DNA of 63,504 bases, filler included, from Octopus bimaculoides (lineage: Eukaryota): NCBI RefSeq assembly GCF_001194135.2. It is 4 parts of 3 records of this genome, joined end to end, with 100 filler letters (N's around TTAATTAATTAA, not from the genome) between each part and the next. Parts side by side here need not be neighbours in the genome. Positions count along the whole stretch, not along the records: positions 1 to 24,399 come from NC_068999.1; positions 24,500 to 41,854 come from NC_069005.1; 2 more parts are not named here. One strand, written 5' to 3'. The notes beneath the pieces were generated by a model. The model saw only the letters and a list, made by a program, of their open reading frames with translations. It was not told the origin of the DNA and ran no database searches. Every line of letters begins with the position of its first letter. Position 1 is the stretch's first letter. This document shows, in pieces, positions 12,539-25,699 of the stretch. A program made the translations under genes and the position numbers.

Positions 12539-12769
12539 AAGATTGTTTGCCAACATAACATGGCAGTCCTGGTTTAGGACAAATGTTGCTGTAATTTAGC
12601 CCCGGGAGACGATCGTCTCCAGCTGGCTATACGACACGATCTGTGTCCTTATATTTTCGAACAAGGGATTCTAGCACCCCAACTCAGCTCAAAACAATAT
12701 CTGTGTATCGCGATTTCCGTGTTATTTGTCCTAAACCAAGACTGCCATGTTATGTTGGCAAACAATCTT
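12539..12769. mobile_element. MITE with ~46-bp terminal inverted repeats, TA-flanked
   Basis: TAAAGATTGTTTGCCAACATAACATGGCAGTCCTGGTTTAGGACAAAT (12537-12584) matches the reverse complement of 12724-12771 at 47/48 positions including the flanking TA. Confidence 0.9.
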
Positions 12770-12827
12770 TACTAAGAAGTTCTGTTGCTGAATATCTTAC
12801 GTTGTGACATTTAAAAATAGTAATCTA

Positions 12828-12867
<40 letters not shown>

Positions 12868-13283
12868 CTCCATATATATATATAGAATTTTATACATATA
12901 TATATATAATTATATATATATATAGGTATATAATTTTATATATATACNNNNNNNNNNNNNNNNNNNNNNNNNNNNNNNNNNNNNNNNNNNNNNNNNNNNN
13001 NNNNNNNNNNNNNNNNNNNNNNNNNNNNNNNNNNNNNNNNNNNNNNNNNNNNNNNNNNNNNNNNNNNNNNNNNNNNNNNNNNNNNNNNNNNNNNNNNNNN
13101 NNNNNNNNNNNNNNNNNNNNNNNNNNNNNNNNNNNNNNNNNNNNNNNNNNNNNNNNNNNNNNNNNNNNNNNNNNNNNNNNNNNNNNNNNNNNNNNNNNNN
13201 NNNNNNNNNNNNNNNNNNNNNNNNNNNNNNNNNNNNNNNNNNNNNNNNNNNNNNNNNNNNNNNNNNNNNNNNNNNNNNNNNNN

Positions 13284-13336
<53 letters not shown>

Positions 13337-13365
13337 TATATATATATACACACATATATATATGT

Positions 13366-13398
<33 letters not shown>

Positions 13399-14309
13399 TG
13401 TGTGTGTAATCTTTATTGTAAGATGTTGTTGTAGCTGAGAGTTTCGATAGAGGCCCAACAGGCTGGAATATTGCGGTTCGAAGATTTTAAACAATATGGC
13501 TATAAACCCTCGAGCGAGAATCACCACATAGAAATAAAATGTACGCCATAAATCACTGACAACCCTGTTCTGTGTTAGAGAAAGGATATTTCTGTTGACA
13601 GCCAATCTATTTATTGACTTAAATCGTACAATGGTTTCCTTGTCGGGTTTTTTTAATTTTATCTGTTTTATTTACTTTGTCTTCTACACCGTTAAAGCAG
13701 GCGAATTGGTAAAGATGTTGTAAAAAGGCCAAGTTATATCGATTAGTTACAATTGTATATGTCCTGTGTTCAAATCTCTCTAAGAGTTATTTATTTTTCT
13801 TCTTTTTTAACCCTCCATGAAGTCGACAAAAACTGTCCATAACTTTCTGCAACAATAGCATCTAATCATTTTTTATGCTCCATAAAGTATCGTAGTAACA
13901 GAAATGCTATCGTATATATGTTCCATTACGCTCTGAGTTGAAATCTGACAAATGTTGACCTTTTCATCTTCCAGTGATCGATATAATACATTCTGGATCA
14001 AACTCAATCTCTTACAATTCCCTACAAAAATATGAACTTTTGCCAATTAAGTTAAAAATCAACATCTTTCTAAACAGTGTTCATGGGCATCTTAAAACGA
14101 GTGATAAAACTCATAGAACAGTGAAGGATGGCAATGCAGTTTCAATCCATATTCGAAGCAAATTTCCTTCCTTTACACAATAAAAATCTCTCAGAAATTA
14201 TCAAAATTCCAGTTTCATGTCTAGTTGAATATCAGATCTTTGTATCAAAATTAAAAAAAAATTGTTATTTACTTTGCATCCAGATTACTCATTTAAAGTG
14301 TGTTATTTA

Positions 14310-14500
14310 ACGCGAGCGAATGCTAAGCGGAATTTCTCCCAGTTTTATGATCTAAGCTCAAACTCCGCCGAGATAGAATTAGCCTCGCATTGTTTTCGAG
14401 ACCAATAAAATACGTACCACTTGATCGCTGGGATTGATATAATCGTCTTACCTCTACCCTAAACATTGCTGGCCTCATACCAAAATTTGAAAGAAATATT
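14310..14500 (+). mobile_element. Degraded SINE family B
   Basis: 'gaatgctaagcggaatt...gctcaaactccgccgag...aataaaatacgtacc...attgctggcctcataccaaaatttgaaa'. Confidence 0.7.
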
Positions 14501-14904
14501 AACACTGAGCATGACGTGGGTGAGGTCTTCCTACTTCAGAAGATTTGTAACTATTCTAGTAGCGGTGGATGTGTAAGGAACAGCAGTTATTTGTAAGTTT
14601 GGGAAAAGTGGAACAGACTGTTGACCTTTCTTGCGATTGTGTTTCGTTAAATTAATTTATACAGTTGCACATTTCATGGTATTTCAAATGTTTTGGTAAA
14701 TTTTATGAATTTCTTTCGTGTTTACCGATTTTTTTGGTGTTCTTATCGTTGTTGTTGTTATTTGTAGGCTTATGCAGAATATTCGATCGATCTTGATATA
14801 TTTATGCAAAAACTATAATTTTCTTCACGTGTTATATTAGTTTTCGACCAGTAAATGTATGTATGTGCAACTGTATCTGTTTGTGTATTAAAAAAACTAT
14901 ATAT

Positions 14905-14935
<31 letters not shown>

Positions 14936-16058
14936 CATACATACATATATAAACATTATACATACACGTATATACATATAAGTATACAAACATATATATA
15001 ATACACATATATACAGATATATGTGCGTGTGTCTACCTCTGTGGGTATGCGTGTGAGTGTGTGTTTGTCTGAGCGTGTGTGTGTGTGTGCGTTGTGTGTG
15101 TGTGTGTGTGTATGTGTGTGTGTGTGTGTGTGTCTGTGTGTGTGTGCGCGCGTGCGTTTACGTATGTCTCTCAAACATTAAAATTATTGAGAATCTTTAC
15201 TCCATCCCGAAATACTTTTCGCAAGAAATGCAATTTTCCTAACTTGTTTCAGCAATATTCATATTGCACCCCCACTGCCACCCCAGACACACAACCACAC
15301 ACACACACACTCAGTAGACACAGACACTAGACACGTACACAGTCCGCATACACATCATACACACATATATCTGTGGATGTGTGTGTGTGTGTGGATGTGT
15401 GTGTGTGTGGATGTGTGTGTGTGTGTGGATGTGTGTGTGCGTGTGTGTGCGAATTTAATTAACATTCACTCAGCATTTGTCTTCGACTGTAATAATTGTA
15501 GACGTTACGACTATGCAAATGTGCAATTTCTGAAGCCTGTAGTTATGTGTGTACCTTCTCTGTGTGGTTATATGTGTGTATATATATATATATCTCCGTT
15601 GCGTATATATGTAGGTATATGTGTGTGTGTGCGTAGGCTTTGCACATATTGTCTGTTTTGTGGNNNNNNNNNNNNNNNNNNNNNNNNNNNNNNNNNNNNN
15701 NNNNNNNNNNNNNNNNNNNNNNNNNNNNNNNNNNNNNNNNNNNNNNNNNNNNNNNNNNNNNNNNNNNNNNNNNNNNNNNNNNNNNNNNNNNNNNNNNNNN
15801 NNNNNNNNNNNNNNNNNNNNNNNNNNNNNNNNNNNNNNNNNNNNNNNNNNNNNNNNNNNNNNNNNNNNNNNNNNNNNNNNNNNNNNNNNNNNNNNNNNNN
15901 NNNNNNNNNNNNNNNNNNNNNNNNNNNNNNNNNNNNNNNNNNNNNNNNNNNNNNNNNNNNNNNNNNNNNNNNNNNNNNNNNNNNNNNNNNNNNNNNNNNN
16001 NNNNNNNNNNNNNNNNNNNNNNNNNNNNNNNNNNNNNNNATATATATATATATATATA

Positions 16059-16117
<59 letters not shown>

Positions 16118-16611
16118 AGTTGACAGGTTACATGGCTCTGTATGTATAATTGTTTGAATATTTTTCGTTCTTTTGCATATTTGTATATATAATTGAGCAC
16201 ACATGCACGCGATTCCTTAGTTACATATTTTATATCCTTACAAAATACATACTCATACACGCATATATATGCGTATGTGCGTGTGCGTGTGCGTGTGCAT
16301 GTGCGTGTGCATGTGCGTGTGCAGGCATATATGTAGTTTATTGCAAATGGAGTGGCTGTCTATGTATAGAAATGTGATTATGTATGCGTCTGAATGATGT
16401 ATGTTTGTCTGCGCGAATGTGTATCTGTTCATTGTTTCAATGAAGGTGAGTGTGCGCATGTGTTTATATACACATATATGTCTGTGCGTGTGTGTGTGAG
16501 AGAGAGTGTGCGTCTGTGTGTCGGTGAAAGAGTGGTATTGTATGCACACATATAGAGAGACATTTATATATGTACGCACAGACACGGATAGTATATGTAT
16601 ACATAGATATG

Positions 16612-16701
<90 letters not shown>

Positions 16702-17486
16702 TGTGTGTGTGTACATGTATATATGTATATATGGGTGCGTCGGCGTAAGTGTTTGTGTGTGACTGTATGTGTACGTGGTCGTGTCTGCGTGCGCGTGTGT
16801 GTGCGTGTGTATGCATGTGTGTGTGTGTGTACGTGCGCGCACGCGTGCGTGCGTATGTCTTGGCATATTGAATATATTATTTAAATCATCTGCAATTTTG
16901 GCATGCATAAATTCCGTTGCAATCTGCAAACATTGGCCGGAAGAACTTGGTAAATAATCAACGGGAAAAAATGTCAGAAACAATTAAGAATGACGATTCT
17001 ACCAATAGACTTTCTCATTTAATAACGAATATTGAAGTCTCTATATGTCAAGAAAACATAAATGGCGCCGGAAACGCAACTTCTTTAGTTCGACATATCA
17101 GATTTATTGAAGTAACACGTGATAAATCTTTTAGTGCACAGCTACAAGAATCTACCATAAATATTATTCCTACAAGACATTTCCTTCAACTCAGTTATCT
17201 AAATACATTTCTCCTCGTTATTATATCATATTTCTTTTTAATCCGGTGGTAAGCTCTCTCGAGTGGAACCGCGTGGTCAAATGGTTAGGGTGATACATGC
17301 AAGTTTGTGACTTGGATTCCAGGACTTGGACTCTGGGACTCGAGACAGTAATGGCCAGAGTTGACACGTTCTCGAAAAACCGAGATTGTTATTTTTATTT
17401 ACATTTTAGCGAAAGGATTGATTTTTTAGAGAAAACAATGAACTCCACGATAACCTCTTTATCTTTCCTTTGCAATAATAGAAGCC

Positions 17487-17700
17487 TTAAAGGTAGCAAG
17501 CTGGCAGAATCGTTAGCACATTTGGTAAAATGCTAGCAGCATTTCGTCTGACTGTGTTCTGCGTTCAAATGCCGCCAAAATCGACTTTGCCTTTCATCCT
17601 TTCGGAGTCGATAAAAGAGGTATCAGTTGAGTACTAGAGTCGATGTAATTGACTCATTCCTTCCCCCACAATTGCTGGCCTAGTGCCAAAATTTGAGATC
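17487..17700 (+). mobile_element. SINE family B
   Basis: 'ggtagcaagctggcagaatcgttagcac...gcgttcaaatgccgcc...ctttcggagtcgataaaa...ttgctggcctagtgccaaaatttga'. Confidence 0.9.
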
Positions 17701-17789
17701 GACATTTGAAGCCTTCGGTGTATTTAAGAAAACACATCGTGGTCACAAACATGTACTTTTAATGGGTGATCAAAAATATTCTTTTCTTT

Positions 17790-18095
17790 TCTGCTCTAGG
17801 CAGAAGGCCCGAAATTTTAGGGGCGGGGACCAGTCGATAAGATCGACCCCAGTGCGCAACTGGTACTTAATTTATCGATCCCGAAAGGATGAAAGGCAAA
17901 GTCGATCTCGCTGGAATTTGAACTCAGAACGTAAAGACAGACAAAATACCGCTAAGCATTTCGCCCCGCGTACTAACCATTCTGCCAGTTCGCCGCCTTA
18001 ATTGACCTCGGTGGAATTTCAACTCAGAACATAAAGACTGACGAAATACCACAGCATTTTTCTCAGCCTGCTAACGATTCTGCCAGCTCGACGCC
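17790..18095 (-). mobile_element. SINE family B plus tandem partial head duplication
   Basis: Full reverse copy at 17790-17998, then the head region repeated at 18000-18095. Confidence 0.85.
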
Positions 18096-18936
18096 TTTAG
18101 AGATCCGGTATATTAGCTCACTTGTATCAGGGTGGGTTTCATGTACAAATAAAATAGTTATTTTTGTTATTGATTTTATTATTTTCATAACGTTCGCGGG
18201 GTATTTGAAACTAGGGGGATTGTGGTTCGATTTCAGTAACTGCAAGTTAAAGATTGCAGGATAAACGTAGCCAGGAAGGAATACGTTGATTTCATTAGAT
18301 TGTGGCCCAAAGAAAATCCGATGGAATCAGCTATGGTAAAAGCTGATCATAGTGAATTGGTCAAACAATGAAGGATGGTTATGCTGGAGGTTGAATAGTG
18401 TCAGTGATGGATCGGCTAAGTATAGAAGTGAGTATGAAATCAAAACCGATGCCAGTCAGCCAACGACGCATTTATATGTAACGGAAAAAAAATTCTGTAT
18501 AAAGAGAGGAATAGCAGCGTCCTGCAGAATCTCAGAGACTAGTAAAGGAAAGGGAGGAATTTGCCCGCAGACCTAAGACCTGGTCGGAATGTTTCCAACA
18601 GACTGAACTCCGTTAAATGCAATGCAGGGAAAAGGTGATGGCGTTAAACATGGCGATGACTTGAGACTATCACACACACATAAAAAAAAAAGAAGGAAGC
18701 CAAGAAAATCAAAAATTTTAACTCCTCAAATGTTTCACATATTTCAACGGAGTTCATGTTTCGCTAGCGAAAGACTATTAACTTTGAAATACATTTTACT
18801 TTTAACATGAAATATTCTAAACTTTCTTTCCAACTGGAAGCCCCCTTCTCTCAATCTCCTTCTTTCTCTACTTTCTCTCCCCCTCTTGCTTTGTCCCTCT
18901 TCTTACCTTCATCCCCACTTGTTTTCCCTCTCTCAA

Positions 18937-19051
<115 letters not shown>

Positions 19052-19400
19052 CTCTATCTATCTATCTATTTATCTTTCTATTTGTTTATTTATCTATATA
19101 TAGATGTGTGTGTATAAATGTAAGTGAGTTTGTGTGTGTATGACTATGTACCTATACATACATACATACATACATACATATACACATACACACACATACA
19201 CACACACACACATACATAGATACTTCTCTCTATTTTTTCTTTTCCATGAGAGTATGAATGTATGTGCTTGTGCGTGCATGTATGTATGTGTGCATGTGTC
19301 TGTGTGTGCGTGCGTGTGTGTGTGTGCACGTGTGTGTGTGCACGTGCGTGCGTGTGGGTGTGCGTGCGTGCGTGCGTAGGTGCGTGCCTGCGTGCGTGCA

Positions 19401-19448
<48 letters not shown>

Positions 19449-19672
19449 TGTAATTCTCTATACACTCTGCTGGTTCTCAGATTCTGCTCTTCTCTTAAAA
19501 CTAAGGAAATTGTCTAGAAATGGCTGTGCGACATCACACCGGAAAAGCGGTTGGTTGTAAATCATAAACCACTGGTCTGCGGGCCGCATCGTGCGTTGGT
19601 TGGTTGGTCGGTTAGTTAGTTTGATACTTGAAGCAACAAATGCATATGCAACAGCAGCAGCGGCGCCAGCGA

Positions 19673-19744
<72 letters not shown>

Positions 19745-20624
19745 AGGTGGTAGTGGCTGCGGCAGCGGCGAGGTATGTTGGTTTTGGTGATGATGGTGNN
19801 NNNNNNNNNNNNNNNNNNNNNNNNNNNNNNNNNNNNNNNNNNNNNNNNNNNNNNNNNNNNNNNNNNNNNNNNNNNNNNNNNNNNNNNNNNNNNNNNNNNN
19901 NNNNNNNNNNNNNNNNNNNNNNNNNNNNNNNNNNNNNNNNNNNNTGTGGTGGTGGTGGTGGTGGTGGTGGTGGTGGTGGTGGTGCTCAAACTGTAAGAAT
20001 GTGCTGATATCTTATGAACGACAGAGCAAAGAAAACACTTATCAAGGCCTCTTCCAATTTGCTGATGTATATTGAGCATCTTATTGACCACATCCGGCTG
20101 TCTGTAAAACGTTTCAGCATGAATTAATACGCCCCGCCACCATCCATACACACAAACACACACATACATACATACACATGCATATATAAATGCATACACA
20201 AGCGCACACGTACGTAAATACGAATACATACACAACCTCGTAAATATTGTATTGTTTTACAACAGTATAATAGCTGGTGGAGATTTACGTTGTATATATT
20301 GCAATATCAAGTGAAGACGGATTATTTTTTTTCCAGTGGCCGGACTCCCGTGCAAACAGTTTATACATTTTTTATCTTATCCTCTCTGTTTTAGCGTGTT
20401 CTTTTGGAGTTTTCTTTTTTAGTTTCTCATATTTACTTTGTCTCGCTTTTTTATGTTTGTTGGAGATATTGATTTAGCGTTTGTTTGTTTCATTTTTTTC
20501 TCTCTCTCTCTCTCTCTCTCTCTTCGATATGTAATCATAATTACACAAAATACTGAAATTCCATATGCTTCTGTTATTTATAATGGCAGGCATATTACAA
20601 ACCCAACTACCACCACCGCGGCCA

Positions 20625-20837
20625 TCTTTTAGCTTTCACTCATTTCAGGCATTTGACTGCGGCCATGCTGGAGCACCGCCTTTAATTGAACAAATTGACC
20701 CCAGGACTTATTATTTGTAAGCCCAGTACTTATTCTATCTAACTCTTTTTGCCGAACCGCTAAGTTATGGAGACGCAAACACACCAACATTGGTTGTCAA
20801 GCGATGTTGGGGGGATAAACACAGACACACAAGTATA

Positions 20838-20926
<89 letters not shown>

Positions 20927-21076
20927 TTCTTTCAGTTCCGCCTACCAAATCCACTCTCAAGGCTCTGGTCGTCCTGGGGCTATAGTAGAAGACACTTGCA
21001 CAAGGTACTACGCAGTTGGACTGAACCTGGAACCATGTAGTTGGGTAGCAAGCTACTAACCACACACCCACGCCTA
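20625..21076 (-). mobile_element. Near-full-length SINE family A with internal (CATA)n/(TA)n tract
   Basis: tRNA head at about 21076-21000, body 'gccttgagagtggatttggtaggcggaactgaaagaaa', internal microsatellite, 3' part 'tcctggggtcaatttgttcaattaaaggcggtgctccagcatggccgcagtcaaatg'. Confidence 0.9.
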
Positions 21077-21599
21077 TATATANNNNNNNNNNNNNNNNNN
21101 NNNNNNNNNNNNNNNNNNNNNNNNNNNNNNNNNNNNNNNNNNNNNNNNNNNNNNNNNNNNNNNNNNNNNNNNNNNNNNNNNNNNNNNNNNNNNNNNNNNN
21201 NNNNNNNNNNNNNNNNNNNNNNNNNNNNNNNNNNNNNNNNNNNNNNNNNNNNNNNNNNNNNNNNNNNNNNNNNNNNNNNNNNNNNNNNNNNNNNNNNNNN
21301 NNNNNNNNNNNNNNNNNNNNNNNNNNNNNNNNNNNNNNNNNNNNNNNNNNNNNNNNNNNNNNNNNNNNNNNNNNNNNNNNNNNNNNNNNNNNNNNNNNNN
21401 NNNNNNNNNNNNNNNNNNNNNNNNNNNNNNNNNNNNNNNNNNNNNNNNNNNNNNNNNNNNNNNNNNNNNNNNNNNNNNNNNNNNNNNNNNNNNNNNNNNN
21501 NNNNCATTTTACTTGTAACATGTTTTCTGTTTTAAAACCAATAAAAAATTATTTCGGGGTGGTTTGCGGGGCTGGAACGGATTATTTATATTTTAGTTA

Positions 21600-21915
21600 A
21601 TTTCGCTGGGGCAAATTGATTTGTAAAATGAGGGTTTCAAATCATTATGATTTCTTTAGGAACAGTAATAGGGCTTCTTCTACTAGTCTTAGTAAATTTC
21701 ATCTGGAATTTTAAAGATAATGATAAAACGAACTTTATTGAATGGAGCATTTTAGGGACGGCCCCGGCTTATAGGATTAATATTAGATTCTGCGTTCTTT
21801 GTTCTGAGGAATTATTTTTGATTCTATTTTCTAGAAGAAGGCTGCTAAACTCTAAATCTGAAAGGGTTTTTTTCTGTGTTCATGTGAATAAATGCGTGTT
21901 TAAAAATTTTAAATA
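21600..21915 (+). mobile_element. Penelope-like element, C-terminal half of GIY-YIG endonuclease
   Basis: RVSNHYDFFRNSNRASSTSLSKF/IWNFKD...IEWSILGTAPAY...FCVLCSEE..LIL...LLNSKSE...CVH.NK matches the R..NH..SF...T.LSK.IW.LK...WSI...C.LC.EE...LLN..SE...C.H pattern of PLE endonucleases. Confidence 0.75.
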
Positions 21916-22682
21916 AGGTTGTTTATTATAAGTGTTTTACTAGATGATTTAGTAGTTTTTGAGAGTTTGATAATTTCGGTTTCACCCTTTGGTTTTTTTA
22001 CTACTTCAGATGGTTCCTCTAGCATGGGTTTTTTTGTTTTAATTTTTAAGATATTGTGAATATTTTAATTTTGGTCCATCTGTGTTTGTGAGACGGTGGA
22101 TTTTTACATTTAATTCATTTACTTATATTACTACCGTTTTGTTATTTCGATATTTATTTATTAGCTCACCCCGTGCCGTTTATAATTGACGGCTAATTGT
22201 TATTTAAACAAGATACATAACGAAGTACAGAACAATCAGAGATACAAGCATTCAAATATTTCCCAATCACACACATACATACACATAATCAAACAAAATT
22301 GGAATGATATCAGTTTTTATCTTCAGAGTTGTAAGTTTCCATTACGCACGCACACACTCACACATTCTCACACACACAGACACGCACATGCATACACACA
22401 CAGACATTCACATACATCCCTTTTTCAAACACACACGTATACACATATACTCACACAGAGTTGAATGGCTGTCTTTACTTTATTCGGCCCTTCCTTTCTC
22501 GTTCATATGTTGAGAACAGGAGATTCACTCTGCTTTCTTCTTTCTCAAACTGTCATTACTTTCCCTCACTCTCTTAGTCATGGCTATCACTCTCTTAGTC
22601 ATGGCTATCACTCTCTCCGTTTCCCCTTCACTGCATTACTTTTTCTCTCCTTTCCCTTCACTGATACTACTCTCTCTCTCTC

Positions 22683-22714
<32 letters not shown>

Positions 22715-22855
22715 CCTCTCTCTCTCTCTCATTAGCCGTTCTACTGTTTTACTTGTAGAAGACTATTTTGTAAACAAAAGATTTATTTTTATTTTCATTT
22801 TAATTTCGTTTAATTTTACCATTTTACTAAGTTTAAATAAGGACACACGTGCGCG

Positions 22856-22939
<84 letters not shown>

Positions 22940-22944
22940 GTTTT

Positions 22945-23205
22945 GAATATCTGGTGTCCTTGTTATCTTTCATTTATTTGTTCACGTCTGGGCTACGAAA
23001 GGTCTTTGTATATTTTTGTTGGTCGTAATCATTCATATCAGTTTGTATTTCCTGATGAGGAATCTAATTTGTATTTCATGAAGAGTTTTTCGTCGTTGTC
23101 TTTGGAATTAATTTGTAGAATGTATATTGGTTCTGTACCAACTTGGATCTGAATTGAATTAAAGTTCATCTACACATACAATTTTTTCGTTTCTTTATAC
23201 TTCAT
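22945..23205 (+). repeat. Dispersed ~270-bp repeat; inverted copy at 36495-36795
   Basis: 'cgtctgggcta.gaaaggtctttgtatatttttgttggtc.taat.attcata.cagt.tgta.ttcctga...gaatctaattt.tatttca.gaagagttttt...gtagaatgt.tattggttctgtaccaac.tggat' aligns to the reverse complement of 36495-36795. Confidence 0.8.
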
Positions 23206-23394
23206 TTGTATACATACATATATATGTGTGTATGTATGCATACGTGTCTGTATGTGTGTGTGCGTGCGTGTGTGTGAGAGAGAGAGGGGGGAAAAGTGGA
23301 GTGAAACAATACAGGAAACGTTTACAAGGAGGGAAAAGAACTTTTGGAAAGCAGTATTCTCCAAGAGATGGTCGATTCGTCCTTGTCTTTCTTC

Positions 23395-23900
23395 TGTTAT
23401 TTCTCTCGGCAATTCTTTAGATATAGAAATAAATAGTAAAATATGTAAAGCATCTATAACCTATTCGAAAACTTGAAACAAAGTGTTTGGTTAAATTATG
23501 ATTTAAAGCTCACATCTAAATCTATCAATATATCGATCTTTTTTTTCCATCCACAAACTTTCTATATTCGTTCGAAACATCAGCATCATGGCATCGGCAT
23601 GATTGTCTTTGAGAGGTTTCACCCGAATATTTTATGCGGAATTGTCAAGCTATCATGGCTAAGTCGTATATACAAGATGATGTTGCGGTGGAAATGGCTG
23701 ACTTACTAAGCGTCTATGCTCATATTCTGTTAAGTCAAATATATTTGTTACATCATCTTGTAACAATGGATGATTTTTATAATTCCGAAACAGAATTTTT
23801 ACAGTGAATTAAGCAGAGGCATGCGGCCAAAAAAGCAGTTTAAAGATATGTTCAAAGGAAACATCCTACCATATTAAAACTGTTCTCTAGGAATACGAGA
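23395..23900 (+). mobile_element. RTE (BovB-like) LINE, post-RT C-terminal fragment
   Basis: SLDIEINSKICKAS...VWLNYDLKL.SK...FERFH..IL..I..LSW...LVTMDD..IPKQ.FYSEL.RG.RP...FKD matches the RTE-BovB ORF end; frameshifted. Confidence 0.75.
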
Positions 23901-24305
23901 GAAAAAGGTATGAGTATGATGATTTATGAAGGAAACAATGAATTAAAAAAAAAAAAAGAACATCGTTTGTACTGGACTACGCTGGAAAAAAAACAAAGGT
24001 ATATTCGTATATGAAATAGAGGATGTGAATATTTAATTCGTAAATATCGGGCTGGTTGTTCAATATGCAGGAGAATTTCGAAGTCTGCTTTTGTGAAGCA
24101 TCAGATAGCACAGTTTCTCAAAGAACCTTTGAGGAAATACAAGGTCTCTACATTAAAACGTTACATATTTACACATCTCATTTCGATTATGGGCGTCAAA
24201 AAGACTAAAAGACAGCTTAGACACGTTGCTCGAAATGCTTGAAATCGCATCTGAATCACCCTCAAATCATACCTTATCGTTTTAAGAAAATGAACGATGC
24301 AATGT

Positions 24306-24399
<94 letters not shown>

Positions 24400-24539
24400 N
24401 NNNNNNNNNNNNNNNNNNNNNNNNNNNNNNNNNNNNNNNNNNNTTAATTAATTAANNNNNNNNNNNNNNNNNNNNNNNNNNNNNNNNNNNNNNNNNNNNT
24501 ATGAACGAGTACGATTCGTGAAGCTGAACCAATATTTAC

Positions 24540-24785
24540 ATGTGAGAGACACTAGCAGTACCCACCTCCACCCAGTACGTGGAGAACTTAGAGACAAAAA
24601 TTATGCAATAGAATTGATTAAGAACCCTTTCTTTAATTATGTTCCAAATATCACATTAATATGTTGATAAATAAAAAGGTTACAGGTGTTTAATGAGACT
24701 AGTCTAAATTCATGATTATTTTAGAATTTAATTGAAACTCATGAGGGGTGTATTTTGGCCAGAAATATAGTAACGAAAGGGTTAA
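24540..24785 (+). mobile_element. Probable piggyBac-type non-autonomous element end
   Basis: Ends in ...GTAACGAAAGGG|TTAA (reverse complement TTAA|CCCTTTCGTTAC), the typical piggyBac terminus and target. The other end is lost in the gap. Confidence 0.45.
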
Positions 24786-24799
24786 TGTTTCCTAATCCT

Positions 24800-25225
24800 G
24801 AATGAGTGTTGGCTTCATCACTTTGAGCCAGGGACAAAGAAATAATCCATAGAGGAAAAACACCTCTTCATCTGCTTCAAAAGCCAAGGTTATTTCATCT
24901 GCAGGGATAGCCTCAGTTTTTTGGGATGCAAAAGGAATTGTGCTTATTGACTATTTTCAAAAGGGCCATACCATCAATGGAGGGTACAATGCCAACTTGT
25001 TGAAGTAGTTGTGAAAGTCTACCCAGGAAAACCAATGAAAGTGGTCTTGTTTCATCAAGACAATGCAATAAACAGCATAGGTGTTGTTGTTTAAAATGCT
25101 TTGAACTGGTTCTTTACTCTCCCTATTTTCCTGATTTGGCCCCATCTGACTATCATTTTATTCCCAACATGAAAAAAAAAACACTTGGCTGGGAACCAGT
25201 ATCACAGTGATGACGACATGTGTAT
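24800..25225 (+). pseudogene. Mariner (DD34D-type) transposase catalytic-domain relic
   Basis: DE.WLHHFEP..K; ASVFWDAKGIVLIDYFQKGHTING; VLFHQDNA; PYFPDLAPSDYHLFPNMKK.LAG.QY.SDDD, with frameshifts. Confidence 0.85.
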
Positions 25226-25699
25226 ATGACATGTTTCTTTTAGTTTCCATCAACCTAATCTCACAAGGCATTGGTTGGCCCAGTACTATAGTAGAAGATA
25301 TTTGCTCAAGGGGCTGCACAGTGACACTGAAACCAAAACTAAGTGATTGCAATGTGAAATTCTTAACCACACAGCCATGTCTGTTTTCTGCAACATCTCC
25401 TTCTATGCACCTTTCTTCCATTCATCCACATCTCTATCTCTTTTAAAGACACATGATTTGCCCCTTGGGGTGTAAAACGTGTATATTCTCTTCCCATTAT
25501 AAACCTCTCACACTTCTTTCCCCACTCCAAGCTAAGACCTCTTTAAAGGTGTTACCTTAGTATAAATAGATCACTTTCTCCCTTCTCACAGGTGTTGTAA
25601 TAAAAAATCATTGAGTGGAAATATTTAGATATCTGAACATGTGTGGGATCCCACTGCAGTTGCCAAACATTTGTATAAACTTATTCACTCATTCTTCTA

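Noticed and set aside
16917-17252. 111-aa ORF with SFSAQLQEST (resembles hAT FSLQLDEST); the opposite strand has GIIFMVDS (resembles Arf GLIFVVDS)
   Set aside because: Single short motifs with neighbouring motifs missing or out of order and no supporting splice sites; indistinguishable from chance without a search.
22565-22617. 21-bp tandem duplication CACTCTCTTAGTCATGGCTAT x2
   Set aside because: Ordinary slippage duplication in a pyrimidine-rich tract.
24444-24455. TTAATTAATTAA island between N runs, repeated identically at 41899-41910 and 61129-61140
   Set aside because: A palindromic 12-mer with stops in all six frames, always flanked by fixed-length N blocks. This is an assembly or scaffolding spacer, not biology.
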